A DNA stretch of 64,000 bases from an uncultured Clostridium sp. Lineage in GTDB: Bacteria > Bacillota > Clostridia > Lachnospirales > Lachnospiraceae. This document shows positions 1 through 8,319 of this stretch, in pieces. The DNA lies in assembly GCA_937885015.1 (NCBI GenBank), contig CALAAS010000003.1, positions 295 to 64,294 of the forward strand, read 5' to 3'. The number at the start of each line of letters is the position of its first letter. The first letter of the stretch is position 1. The position numbers and the translations under genes are program-made. The notes beneath the pieces were generated by a model. It made no database searches. It had not been told where the DNA came from and was given only the letters and a program-made list of their open reading frames with translations.

Positions 1-163
1 TAACTGTTGGGTACTATTTGCTGCAAATGCCATAGAATCACCTCGATATTTGATACTTCAATTATATCAAAGGTCAACGTTATTTCATATATTGTGTTAA
101 ATTTTCAAGGTACAAATTTATATCAAAGGTCACAGACCTTTTGACACCCTAATCCTATGCAAG

Positions 164-204
164 AAAAAAAGATGCTGCAAACGCAATTTCAGTTCTGCAG
201 CATC
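164..204 (-). terminator. Rho-independent terminator downstream of codY
   Basis: 9-bp stem GATGCTGCA/TGCAGCATC (171-179 pairs with 196-204) with a 16-nt loop. On the minus strand it is followed by T7 (164-170). Confidence 0.7.
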
Positions 205-245
205 TCCTTTTTGGAAATCCATCTCATATTCTTACTCGTACTCTC

Positions 246-1025
246 TCACTTCGCTTCGGCTTTTAACGCCTTCAGCTCATCAAAAACTACATCGTTCAGA
301 ACTTTAATATATGTTCCTTTCATTCCGGAAGAGCGGGACTCAATCACACCGGCGCTTTCAAATTTGCGCAGCGCATTGACAATAACAGACCGCGTAATGC
401 CCACCCGATCTGCAATTTTGCTGGCAACGAGAATCCCCTCATTTCCTTCCAGCTCATCAAAAATATGCGTGATCGCTTCCAGCTCCGAGAAAGACAGGGT
501 GCTGATTGCGGACTTCACAATCTGGATCTTTCTGGTCTCCTCTGCATTCTCCTCATTCACAGAACGCATCATCTCCAGTCCCACTACGGCCGTTCCGTAT
601 TCACTCAGAATAATGTCATCAATATCATACTGGGCATCTGATTTATAAATAAACAGAGTTCCCAGTCTCTCCCCTGAGATATCAATTGGCGTAATAATCG
701 CCTGATATTTCTTTACATTTTCTTCTGCAAATCCAAGGGTTGCAAGGTTTACATTCTCTTTTGTCGATAAAACACTCAAAAGGCGCTCGTTCAGCATGCG
801 ATCCACAAAACCGCCAACCTGATCTTCAATCAGCTCTTCGATCTCATCAATTTCTGGATGAATCGCAACGCCGAGCACTTTGCCCTTTTTACTGATTACC
901 AGAATATTCGACTCCAATATATCACTGAGCACTTCACAAATATCATTGAAAACAACCTTATGAGAATGGTTATTATGCAATAATTTGTTGATCTTCCGAG
1001 TCTTATCCAACAACTGAACGCTCAT
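246..1025 (-). CDS. codY: GTP-sensing pleiotropic transcriptional repressor CodY
   Basis: 259-aa ORF. C-terminal winged HTH ASKIADRVGITRSVIVNALRKFESAGVIESRS and an N-terminal GAF-like region typical of CodY. RBS AAAGGAGGAAACGG lies before the ATG. The topA-codY synteny matches Firmicutes. Confidence 0.95.
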   Translation of the reverse strand: MSVQLLDKTRKINKLLHNNHSHKVVFNDICEVLSDILESNILVISKKGKVLGVAIHPEIDEIEELIEDQVGGFVDRMLNERLLSVLSTKENVNLATLGFAEENVKKYQAIITPIDISGERLGTLFIYKSDAQYDIDDIILSEYGTAVVGLEMMRSVNEENAEETRKIQIVKSAISTLSFSELEAITHIFDELEGNEGILVASKIADRVGITRSVIVNALRKFESAGVIESRSSGMKGTYIKVLNDVVFDELKALKAEAK

Positions 1026-1082
1026 TCTACCGTTTCCTCCTTTGCTTTATCGTTATATTAGAATCCTATTCTAACTGTACAA

Positions 1083-1111
1083 ATTGTATCACGATTTACC
1101 GATAATAGCAA
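1083..1111 (-). promoter_or_regulatory. Candidate sigma-A promoter for codY
   Basis: On the minus strand: -35 TTGCTA (1106-1111), 17-nt spacer, extended -10 TGATACAAT (-10 hexamer 1083-1088). Confidence 0.5.
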
Positions 1112-1156
1112 GAGTTTTTCCGGATTTTTCATTTTTTTTAATAATTAACATCTTTC

Positions 1157-3226
1157 TTACTGAGTTTTAACAAATCCGCAAGATTCATTGGAACAGAGCA
1201 ACTTATTTCCTTTTTCAAGCATCAACTGGCCACACTTTGGACATTTCTCCGTGGACGGTTTCTGCCAGGTCATAAAATCACAGTCCGGGTTATTTTCACA
1301 CCCGTAATAGCGACGTCCTTTTTTTGATTTCCGGATAACGATTTCGCCTCCGCATTTGGGACATTTTACACCAATTTTTTCCAGGTATGGCTTCGTGTTC
1401 TTACAGTCCGGAAATCCGGGGCAGGCCAAAAATTTTCCGTGAGGGCCGTATTTAATTACCATATTTCGGCCGCATAACTCACAGATTTCATCCGTAACCT
1501 CATCTGCAATCTTGACGGCATCCAGCTTTTCTTCCGCCTCCTTTACCGCCTCAGACAGATCTGGATAAAAGTTTTCGATTACCGTCTTCCACGGAACGCT
1601 TCCGTCTCCGATCCTGTCTAAAAGGTATTCCATATTGGCCGTAAAGGTAAGATCCACGATGGATGGAAATGCCTGCTTCATCATGCCATTGACTACCTCA
1701 CCCAGTTCTGTCACGTAGAGATTTTTATTTTCTTTAGCCACATAACGCCGTGCAATAATCGTGGTAATAGTAGGGGCATAGGTGCTGGGACGCCCGATTC
1801 CCTGCTCTTCCAGAGCCTTTACCAGAGAGGCTTCCGTATAGTGAGCTGGCGGCTGGGTAAAATGCTGTCCCTCTTCCAGACTGTCCAGATTCAGCTGCAT
1901 TCCCTTTTCCAGCGTTTCTGTCAGAACACCGTCCTCCTCCTTCTCATCGGCCTGGGAATAGACTGACAAAAAACCGTCAAACCGGATTTTCGACGCAGAG
2001 AGGGTAAAAACATGGTCTCCTGCCGCCACTTTCACCGACGTGGTCTCATATACAGCCGGACGCATGCGGCTGGCTGTGAAACGACGCCAGATCAGCTGAT
2101 ACAGGCGGAATAAATCCCTGGACAGCTGTTCCTTTACAAGAACCGGAGTCAGGGTAATATCCGTGGGACGGATCGCCTCATGGGCGTCCTGAATTTTAGC
2201 ATCTGATTTTCCGGTAGTCGGCTGTGCAGACACATACTGCTCTCCAAACTGGCTGCCGATATAACTTCTGGCTGCTGTATCTGCCTCTGCTGCCACACGG
2301 GTCGAATCAGTACGCAAATACGTAATCAGACCGATGGTTCCACGCCCCTTGATGTCCACGCCTTCATAAAGCTGCTGGGCCAGGCGCATGGTTTTCTGAG
2401 TAGAAAAGTTCAGTGCCTTGGATGCCTCCTGCTGCAGGGTACTGGTTGTAAAGGGAATCGGCGCTTTTTTAATACGTTCCCCCAGTTTTACATCTGCAAC
2501 TTCATACGTACAGTTCTCCAGTCCCTTTAAAATCCCATCCAGTTCTTCCCGGCTGTGAATGGCCTGCTTTCCACTGCTGTCCCCGTAGTATTTTGCCGTC
2601 AGTTTTTTTCGGGATCCAGGAACCCGAAGCTTTGCCTCCAACGTCCAGTATTCCTCCGGAATAAAAGAATTGATCTCATCCTCTCTGTCGCAGATCATCC
2701 GCAGAGCTACCGACTGGACGCGTCCAGCAGACAATCCTCTCTTTACCTTGGCCCACAGAAGGGGGCTGATCAGGTAACCCACCATACGATCCAGCATTCG
2801 TCTGGCCTGCTGCGCATCCACCAGGTTTGTATCAATATCTCTCGGCTCTTTTAAAGATGCTTTTACCGCATTTTTCGTAATCTCATTAAAGCTGATACGA
2901 TACACCTTTTTATCCGGGTTTTCATCCAGCTTCAGAGCTTTCACAAGATGCCAGGAAATCGCCTCTCCCTCCCGGTCCGGGTCCGTTGCCAGATAAATCT
3001 TATCGGCCTTTTTCACTTCTTTTCGAAGGCGGGCCAGCACATCTCCTTTTCCACGGATGGTAATATATTTCGGCTCATAATCGTGTTCTACGTCAATTCC
3101 CAGGGTGCTCTTGGGAAGATCTCTGACGTGGCCGCCGGAGGCATCTACCTCGTAGTTGGCCCCGAGAAACTTTTTGATGGTTTTTACTTTGGCCGGCGAC
3201 TCTACAATTACCAGATTTTTTGACAT
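1157..3226 (-). CDS. topA: DNA topoisomerase I
   Basis: 689 aa. TOPRIM N-terminus MSKNLVIVESPAKVKTIKKFLG, active-site Tyr context ITYLRTDS, and three C-terminal Cys4 zinc-ribbon motifs (CELCG..CPGFPDC, CPKCGG..C..NPDC, CPKCGQ..C). Confidence 0.97.
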   Translation of the reverse strand: MSKNLVIVESPAKVKTIKKFLGANYEVDASGGHVRDLPKSTLGIDVEHDYEPKYITIRGKGDVLARLRKEVKKADKIYLATDPDREGEAISWHLVKALKLDENPDKKVYRISFNEITKNAVKASLKEPRDIDTNLVDAQQARRMLDRMVGYLISPLLWAKVKRGLSAGRVQSVALRMICDREDEINSFIPEEYWTLEAKLRVPGSRKKLTAKYYGDSSGKQAIHSREELDGILKGLENCTYEVADVKLGERIKKAPIPFTTSTLQQEASKALNFSTQKTMRLAQQLYEGVDIKGRGTIGLITYLRTDSTRVAAEADTAARSYIGSQFGEQYVSAQPTTGKSDAKIQDAHEAIRPTDITLTPVLVKEQLSRDLFRLYQLIWRRFTASRMRPAVYETTSVKVAAGDHVFTLSASKIRFDGFLSVYSQADEKEEDGVLTETLEKGMQLNLDSLEEGQHFTQPPAHYTEASLVKALEEQGIGRPSTYAPTITTIIARRYVAKENKNLYVTELGEVVNGMMKQAFPSIVDLTFTANMEYLLDRIGDGSVPWKTVIENFYPDLSEAVKEAEEKLDAVKIADEVTDEICELCGRNMVIKYGPHGKFLACPGFPDCKNTKPYLEKIGVKCPKCGGEIVIRKSKKGRRYYGCENNPDCDFMTWQKPSTEKCPKCGQLMLEKGNKLLCSNESCGFVKTQ

Positions 3227-3236
3227 GATATATCCT

Positions 3237-4409
3237 CTACTCTAACTTTCTCATGTAATATTGATTCATTGGCTGAACAATCCAGCCGTTCATTTCAAGA
3301 TTCAGCAGCGCGGCCATACAGTCCCCGGCGCTGACTCCCGTGGCACGTACGATTTCATCTACATGCCTGGGGTGTGAATCCAAGCAACTATACACCATTT
3401 TTTCCGTCTTTGCAAGTGCATTTCCCGATTTTCCACGATCTTTTATTAAGTTTTTACTTTTAATATGAAAAAACTCTAACAGTTCTTCCGGATCCATGAG
3501 AAGTCCGGCTCCCTGACGAATCAGACGGTTACAGCCGACACTAAGCGGATCGATCCGCCTTCCAGGTAGGGCCATCACTTCCTTTCCCTGTTCCAAAGCC
3601 AAATCGGCCGTAATCAGAGAACCGCTCCTTTTTCGTGCCTCTACCACCAAAACCAGATCGGAAAGTCCGCTTATAATCCGGTTGCGTACCGGAAAATGAA
3701 AGGAAAGCGGTGGCTCCCCCGGCCCATATTCCGACAGAATCCCTCCTTGTAGCTTTATCGCCTCATACACACCTTTCCCGGAAGGCGGATAGCATACATC
3801 CGCTCCGCAGCCCAGCACCGCAAAAGTATTTCCGCCTCCCTTAAGCGCTCCCCGGTGTCCCGCCAGATCTACCCCCAGCGCCATGCCGCTGACAATCTGT
3901 ATGCCATGCTCTGCCAGAAACCTTCCAAAATATTCCGCTTCCTGCCTCCCATATGCGGTACAGTTCCGGGCTCCCACGATAGAAACGGAAGGGATTCCGT
4001 CATCAGGAAGTTTTCCCAACACGAAAAGCCACATGGGTGGGTCGAAAAGATTTTTCAGCCTGGATGGATACGCTCCATCTCCAAAAAGAATCATGCGCAT
4101 CCCAATTTTTTTCATCTGTTCCAGTTCCTGAATCCGATTTTCCAGTTCGTTTTTTGCCGCCAGAAGGTTCTCTTTCTGACGCCCTGACAGGAATTCCAAC
4201 CGGTTAAAATCGTCTTTCTTCATATTATATATTGCTTCAAAGCTGTTTGTGTATGCATAAAGTTTTTTTGCGTTTACTGCCCCTATTCCTTCCACCCGGC
4301 TCAGCCAGTAGGCATACTCTCTTTCCCGGCTGTTTCCTGTGCAGCTTTCTCTTCTGTCATCTCTTCTGTTTTCCATTTTGCTCTCCTCCTTTTCCCCGGC
4401 GTACGGCAA
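3237..4409 (-). CDS. dprA: DNA-processing protein DprA (Smf)
   Basis: 390-aa ORF with motifs IVGARNCTAYG, SGMALGVDLAGHRGAL and VLGCGADVCYP. The real start is probably the internal Met at 4376 (MENRRDD), because the first 11 codons run into the intergenic repeat. Confidence 0.9.
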   Translation of the reverse strand: MPYAGEKEESKMENRRDDRRESCTGNSREREYAYWLSRVEGIGAVNAKKLYAYTNSFEAIYNMKKDDFNRLEFLSGRQKENLLAAKNELENRIQELEQMKKIGMRMILFGDGAYPSRLKNLFDPPMWLFVLGKLPDDGIPSVSIVGARNCTAYGRQEAEYFGRFLAEHGIQIVSGMALGVDLAGHRGALKGGGNTFAVLGCGADVCYPPSGKGVYEAIKLQGGILSEYGPGEPPLSFHFPVRNRIISGLSDLVLVVEARKRSGSLITADLALEQGKEVMALPGRRIDPLSVGCNRLIRQGAGLLMDPEELLEFFHIKSKNLIKDRGKSGNALAKTEKMVYSCLDSHPRHVDEIVRATGVSAGDCMAALLNLEMNGWIVQPMNQYYMRKLE

Positions 4410-4463
4410 TCTTCACGGAGCCTTTTTATGTCATAGGAGACAGCGTCCTATGGCATAAAAAAG
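4396..4463 (+). repeat. Diverged copy (A) of a structured intergenic repeat family
   Basis: CCGGCGTACGGCAATCTTCACGGAGCC followed by the hairpin CCTTTTTATGTCATAGGA-GACAGCG-TCCTATGGCATAAAAAAGG. About 75 percent identical by eye to the copies at 8144-8232 and 55428-55517. It overlaps the comM stop codon (4448). Confidence 0.6.
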
Positions 4464-6025
4464 GTTCCAATTTTTCCCCAGTATTTTTGCATGAATCCCC
4501 GCAGACCAATGGCTTCCGCCAGCTGCGTCCGCCCAATCTGCTTTTTTCCATCCAGGTCTGCCAGGGTTCTGGCTACTTTCAGCACCTTTCCATGGCCCCG
4601 AAGGCTGATCCCCTGACTTTTTTCTGCCTGCTCCAAAAAATTTGCATCAACAGGGGTAAGGCAGCAAAATCGTTCCAGATGGCAGCGCTTCATCTGGCTA
4701 TTGCAGCAAATCTCCTCTCCCGCAAACCGCTCCAGCTGACGTTCTCTGGCTTCTGCCACACGCGCCCGCATCACAGCGGAGGATTCTCCCCGCTTCCCTT
4801 CCCCAAGAATCGCCGGATTCTGTCTGGGAACCTCTACTCCGATATCAATCCGATCCAAAAACGGACCGGAAACGCGTCCCAGATACCGGGCAATCTGCTG
4901 CGGGGTGCACCGGCAGGCGGATTCCCCCTCCGAAAAAAGCTCGCCGCACTTACAGGGATTCATAGCCGCCACTACCAGAGCGTTGGCCGGAAAAGTCACA
5001 GAACCAGAAAGACGGGATACTGTAATTGTCCCCTCCTCCATCGGCTGGCGGAGAAGATCCAGTACCTCTGGCCGGAATTCCGCCAACTCATCGAGAAAAA
5101 GAATCCCTCTGCTGGCCAGAGAGATTTCCCCTGGTTTCGGATTTTTCCCCCCACCTGCCATGGCCCAGGGCGTAATGCTGTGATGTGGACTGCGAAAAGG
5201 CCGCCTTTTCAGGAGGGGCGCCTGGCTGTTCAAAAGACCGCAAATGCTGTAAACACCGGAAACCTCCATACTCTCTTCCAGGCTCAGGGGCGGAAGAATG
5301 GTCGCCAGACGCCGGGCCGCCATGGTTTTTCCAGTCCCTGCCGGACCGATAAAAAGGAGATTATGCCAGCCAGCCGCCGACGCCTCACAGGCCCGACGAA
5401 CCGTTGCCAAACCGATCAGTTCCTCGAAATCTTCTTCAAATTCCATCTTCTCCATTGAGAAAGTCTCCCTGGAAAAATGCGTCCCATGAATGGACTGCGG
5501 GGCCTGAAACAGACATCCCAATTCCCGCAAATCTGAAACACCCACTATTTCGATTCCTTCCACCACGGTTCCTTCTGCCACATTCTCCTTCGACAAAAAC
5601 ACTCGCTTCATCCCCGCTTTTTTTGCCGCATAAACTCGAGGTAAAATCCCGGACACACTTTTAATCCGCCCATCCAGTCCGAGCTCCCCAATAAATCCCC
5701 ATTGGTTGCGTATCTCTTCCTCCGGCATCTTCCTTCCTGTTCCCTGCTCCAGACAACACAGCACAGCTGCTGCAATGGCCAGATCACAGGCAGTCCCCTC
5801 TTTTCGTACTCCTGCCGGAGACAAGTTTACCGTAATTCGTCTGGGCGGTAAACGAAATCCGGCATTTTTAAGCGCCGTCCGGATTCTCTCCTGGGCCTCC
5901 CGGACCTCCTCTGACAACCGTCCAATCAAAATAAAGGATGGAAGGCCATCGCTGATATCGACCTCCACACTGATGGCATAGCCATCAACTCCATGTACAC
6001 CAAAACCGTTTGATTTGCAGAACAA
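4448..6025 (-). CDS. comM: YifB/ComM family Mg-chelatase-like ATPase
   Basis: 525 aa. Walker A GPAGTGKT, Walker B ILFLDELAEF, N-terminal ChlI/Lon-like domain and a C-terminal Mg-chelatase subunit-like region. Confidence 0.9.
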   Translation of the reverse strand: MFCKSNGFGVHGVDGYAISVEVDISDGLPSFILIGRLSEEVREAQERIRTALKNAGFRLPPRRITVNLSPAGVRKEGTACDLAIAAAVLCCLEQGTGRKMPEEEIRNQWGFIGELGLDGRIKSVSGILPRVYAAKKAGMKRVFLSKENVAEGTVVEGIEIVGVSDLRELGCLFQAPQSIHGTHFSRETFSMEKMEFEEDFEELIGLATVRRACEASAAGWHNLLFIGPAGTGKTMAARRLATILPPLSLEESMEVSGVYSICGLLNSQAPLLKRRPFRSPHHSITPWAMAGGGKNPKPGEISLASRGILFLDELAEFRPEVLDLLRQPMEEGTITVSRLSGSVTFPANALVVAAMNPCKCGELFSEGESACRCTPQQIARYLGRVSGPFLDRIDIGVEVPRQNPAILGEGKRGESSAVMRARVAEARERQLERFAGEEICCNSQMKRCHLERFCCLTPVDANFLEQAEKSQGISLRGHGKVLKVARTLADLDGKKQIGRTQLAEAIGLRGFMQKYWGKIGTFFMP

Positions 6026-6091
6026 CTTTTCTCCTCCTTTGTCTCACGGGTATGGCGGCCCCGCTTTCATGATAAAATAATTGGAATTGTA

Positions 6092-6186
6092 AGATGATTC
6101 AGATTGATAAAATAGTTTAGAATGATAGAATGACTAAAATGATAAAACAGTTCAGATTGACAGAATGATTCAGATTGATAGAGTGG
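6092..6186. repeat. Degenerate tandem array (about 3 units of about 35 bp) upstream of comM
   Basis: A perfect 16-bp direct repeat ATGATTCAGATTGATA at 6094-6109 and 6165-6180. A third diverged unit AGAATGACTAAAATGATAAAACAGTTC at 6127-6153. Five TGATA(A/G)A motifs at about 6070, 6105, 6123, 6140 and 6176. Confidence 0.6.
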
Positions 6187-6259
6187 TTTTACGTCACGTT
6201 TTAAAAAGATATTTCAGTGACATAAAACCGGATTTTCTCTGAAAGAAACGGGCCGGACT

Positions 6260-7234
6260 TTAGCGGGTACAGAGTTTCCTGGAGTGAATCCACTCTGCAA
6301 TATCCTCAAACACCTCTGCCCGGTTTTGCTCATTCAGCAGCTCATGGCGTGCGCCCGGATACAGCTTCATCGTCACATCCCGGCATCCCTGCTGTAAAAA
6401 AATACGGCAAACCTTCCGCACTCCGCGTCCGCGTCCCCCTACCGGATCTTCACTTCCGGACAGAAACAGAATCGGGAGAGCTTTCGGAATGTTCTGGAAG
6501 TCTTTCTTTCTGTTCAGCTGGATCATGACACGGAAAAAATCCTCGAACGCACCGTTTGTAAACAGAAACTGACAGTACGGATCTGCCTCATACTTCCGGT
6601 TTTCCTCTGTACATCGGGAAAGCCACTGATGCTCTGTGACACGCCTCTCAAACCGGCGGTTAAAATTCCCGAGAACCAGGCGGTGGAGTCCCGTGCTTCG
6701 CCCGGAGCGTCCTTCCAGCCGGACTGCAAGGCGAACCAGCGCCATCCCGGCATGCAGAACCAGCGTGGACTGGCATCCGGTCCCCATAAAAATCGCTCCA
6801 TCCAGCTCATGGCCAAAACGGGTCAGATAAATCCTGCCAAAAAAAGAACCCATGCTGTGTCCTAAAAGAATATGGGGGATTCCGGGATACCGGCGCTTCA
6901 GCACAACTGCGGCCCGGTGCAGATCTGCCAGCACACACTCTGCTCCTTGTTCCGCCGCAAACTCCCCCAGATGGCCAGGGCGCGCCGTCTTTCCATGACC
7001 TGGGTGGTCATGTCCGGCTACCGCAATCCCTATCCGGTTCATCGCCTCTGCAAAATCTCCATAGCGCCCGATGTGTTCGATCATACCGTGGGAAATCTGA
7101 ATGATCGCTCTGGGCGTTCCCTCCGGCTCCCAGAGAATCCCGTAAACCCGGCTTACCCCGTCCCAGGAGGGAAACCAGAACTCCCTTTCTCTGCTCAACG
7201 TGCACCTTCTTTCTCCGGATACCGGTAACGGCAT
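6260..7234 (-). CDS. Alpha/beta hydrolase (lysophospholipase / monoacylglycerol lipase-like)
   Basis: Oxyanion HG (ISHGMIEH), nucleophile elbow GHSMGS, acid SGSEDPV and His in GARHELLNE. There is no ATG near the conserved N-terminus. A TTG at 7198 overlaps the upstream stop (TTGA) and has AAGGTG 5 nt upstream, making it a plausible true start. Confidence 0.75.
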   Translation of the reverse strand: MPLPVSGERRCTLSREREFWFPSWDGVSRVYGILWEPEGTPRAIIQISHGMIEHIGRYGDFAEAMNRIGIAVAGHDHPGHGKTARPGHLGEFAAEQGAECVLADLHRAAVVLKRRYPGIPHILLGHSMGSFFGRIYLTRFGHELDGAIFMGTGCQSTLVLHAGMALVRLAVRLEGRSGRSTGLHRLVLGNFNRRFERRVTEHQWLSRCTEENRKYEADPYCQFLFTNGAFEDFFRVMIQLNRKKDFQNIPKALPILFLSGSEDPVGGRGRGVRKVCRIFLQQGCRDVTMKLYPGARHELLNEQNRAEVFEDIAEWIHSRKLCTR

Positions 7235-8034
7235 CGGAATGTACAGTCTTTACATAATTTTTTCCATCCCGGCAGCAGCGGCTCTCCTTTGACAGACTTC
7301 AAAAGTGCCGTTGCCCTCTCTTCCTGCTCTCTGGTTCCCTCCAGCACCAGGCTCACAGAACCCTCAGAACCTCCTACACCTCCGGAGCCGACATGCCAGC
7401 CGTGTACTCCGGTCAGAAGCTCCAGTGCTGCCAGTTCGTGAAGGATAATCCCGTTGTTTACCGTCACATATCCGCACCCGCGTCCGAAGGTAAAGGAATA
7501 TTCTTCAATCCCACGCATGTGACGGCTTGCCTCCGGCACGGAGGCTACCAGTTTCTCCAGTCCCGCCGGAATCAGAAAGGCAACTCCCTGCGCGCAGATT
7601 TTCGGCATCATTTTCATGATATTCCCGCCTGTCGGATGAGCCAGAAAAAAGCCGGCATTCCCCTGACTGTCAATGGCATTGGCCCCCTTCACATAGACAT
7701 CTCCAGCTCCCATCCTTCCTGTATAAGAATCCAGTTCTTCGTAATCTGTTCTGGAAAAATCCGGCTCCTCCACCATTCCCTTATGCAGAAATACCGAGCG
7801 GATCCTGTCATCGGGACTCTGACAGAGTACTCCATCCGTCACAACCCCACAGGGAAAATGGGAAATATCCATCGGCCGCTGCAGCAGTTCCTCCAGAAAG
7901 TATCCGGTGGTTGTTCCGCTGGAAACCAGAATATTCCCCTTCTCTCTCGCCCGCAGCACAAGCGGATGTGAGGCCGCCGCTTTCCCGATCAGGCGTTTTG
8001 ACTCCGCCGGTGTCAGCGATACCAGTATGCTCAT
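7195..8034 (-). CDS. Conserved-looking hypothetical protein (279 aa), family not recognised
   Basis: ATG preceded by GGAAAGGAAGGGAGACT. GNILVSSGTTTGY and VYVKGANAIDSQGNAG are reminiscent of NagB/RpiA/DeoR-C type folds. C-terminal Cys cluster CKDCTFRC. The stop overlaps the likely hydrolase start. Confidence 0.55.
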   Translation of the reverse strand: MSILVSLTPAESKRLIGKAAASHPLVLRAREKGNILVSSGTTTGYFLEELLQRPMDISHFPCGVVTDGVLCQSPDDRIRSVFLHKGMVEEPDFSRTDYEELDSYTGRMGAGDVYVKGANAIDSQGNAGFFLAHPTGGNIMKMMPKICAQGVAFLIPAGLEKLVASVPEASRHMRGIEEYSFTFGRGCGYVTVNNGIILHELAALELLTGVHGWHVGSGGVGGSEGSVSLVLEGTREQEERATALLKSVKGEPLLPGWKKLCKDCTFRCRYRYPEKEGAR

Positions 8035-8069
8035 AGTCTCCCTTCCTTTCCCGATCCGTATTTTTCTTC

Positions 8070-8098
8070 ATTATATACCAGCCTGTTTCAGATTACAA
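8070..8098 (-). promoter_or_regulatory. Candidate sigma-A promoter for the 7195-8034 gene pair
   Basis: Minus strand: -35 TTGTAA (8093-8098), 17-nt spacer, -10 TATAAT (8070-8075), about 35 nt upstream of the ATG at 8034. Confidence 0.5.
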
Positions 8099-8143
8099 GA
8101 ACAAGAAACTCGCTCGCGAGTTTCTCCGCCTGCGGCGGGTCGC

Positions 8144-8232
8144 TTCTGCGACAAAATTCCTTTTCGCCGCATGGCAATCCTCGCGGAGCGTTTTTTATTG
8201 TATAGGAAGTAATTTCCTATGCAATAAAAAAG
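8144..8232 (+). repeat. Copy B of the structured intergenic repeat family
   Basis: TTCTGCGACAAAATTCCTTTTCGCCGCATGGCAATCCTCGCGGAGCG followed by an 18-bp stem (8191-8208 pairs with 8214-8231, loop GTAAT). About 90 percent identical to 55428-55517. Confidence 0.8.
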
Positions 8233-8253
8233 AGGCCTGATTTTTCCTGTGAC

Positions 8254-8295
8254 GCAAAACAGGGCCCGGGAACGGAAAATCCGTCTCCCAGGCCC
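8254..8295 (-). terminator. Probable intrinsic terminator of the PFOR gene
   Basis: Stem 8262-8271 pairs with 8286-8295 (GGGCCTGGGA/TCCCGGGCCC on the minus strand). The single mismatch is a G-U wobble only in the minus-strand RNA. An inner ACGG/CCGT helix is present, and TGTTTTG follows. Confidence 0.5.
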
Positions 8296-8319
8296 CGCCT
8301 GTATTACGTTTCTGTTTTA

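Noticed and set aside
1-33. A possible 5-prime end of a minus-strand gene (ATG at 33, GAGGTG 5 nt upstream, MAFAANSTQQL...) running off the window.
   Set aside because: Only 11 codons are visible, so neither the product nor the coding status can be supported.
100-114. AAATTTTCAAGGTAC, considered as a possible CodY box downstream of codY.
   Set aside because: Only the first half matches the AATTTTCWGAAAATT consensus, and the palindromic second half is absent.
4232-5458. 408-aa plus-strand ORF antisense to comM.
   Set aside because: It is a shadow ORF. It is Pro/Arg/Leu-rich low-complexity, has no RBS, and is fully overlapped by a gene with strong family motifs on the other strand.
6092-6186. 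I considered whether the direct repeats here, and the 18-bp repeats at 55590-55643, could be a CRISPR array.
   Set aside because: The units are contiguous or degenerate, without unique spacers of regular length. The repeats are AT-rich and not palindromic, and no cas genes are in the window.
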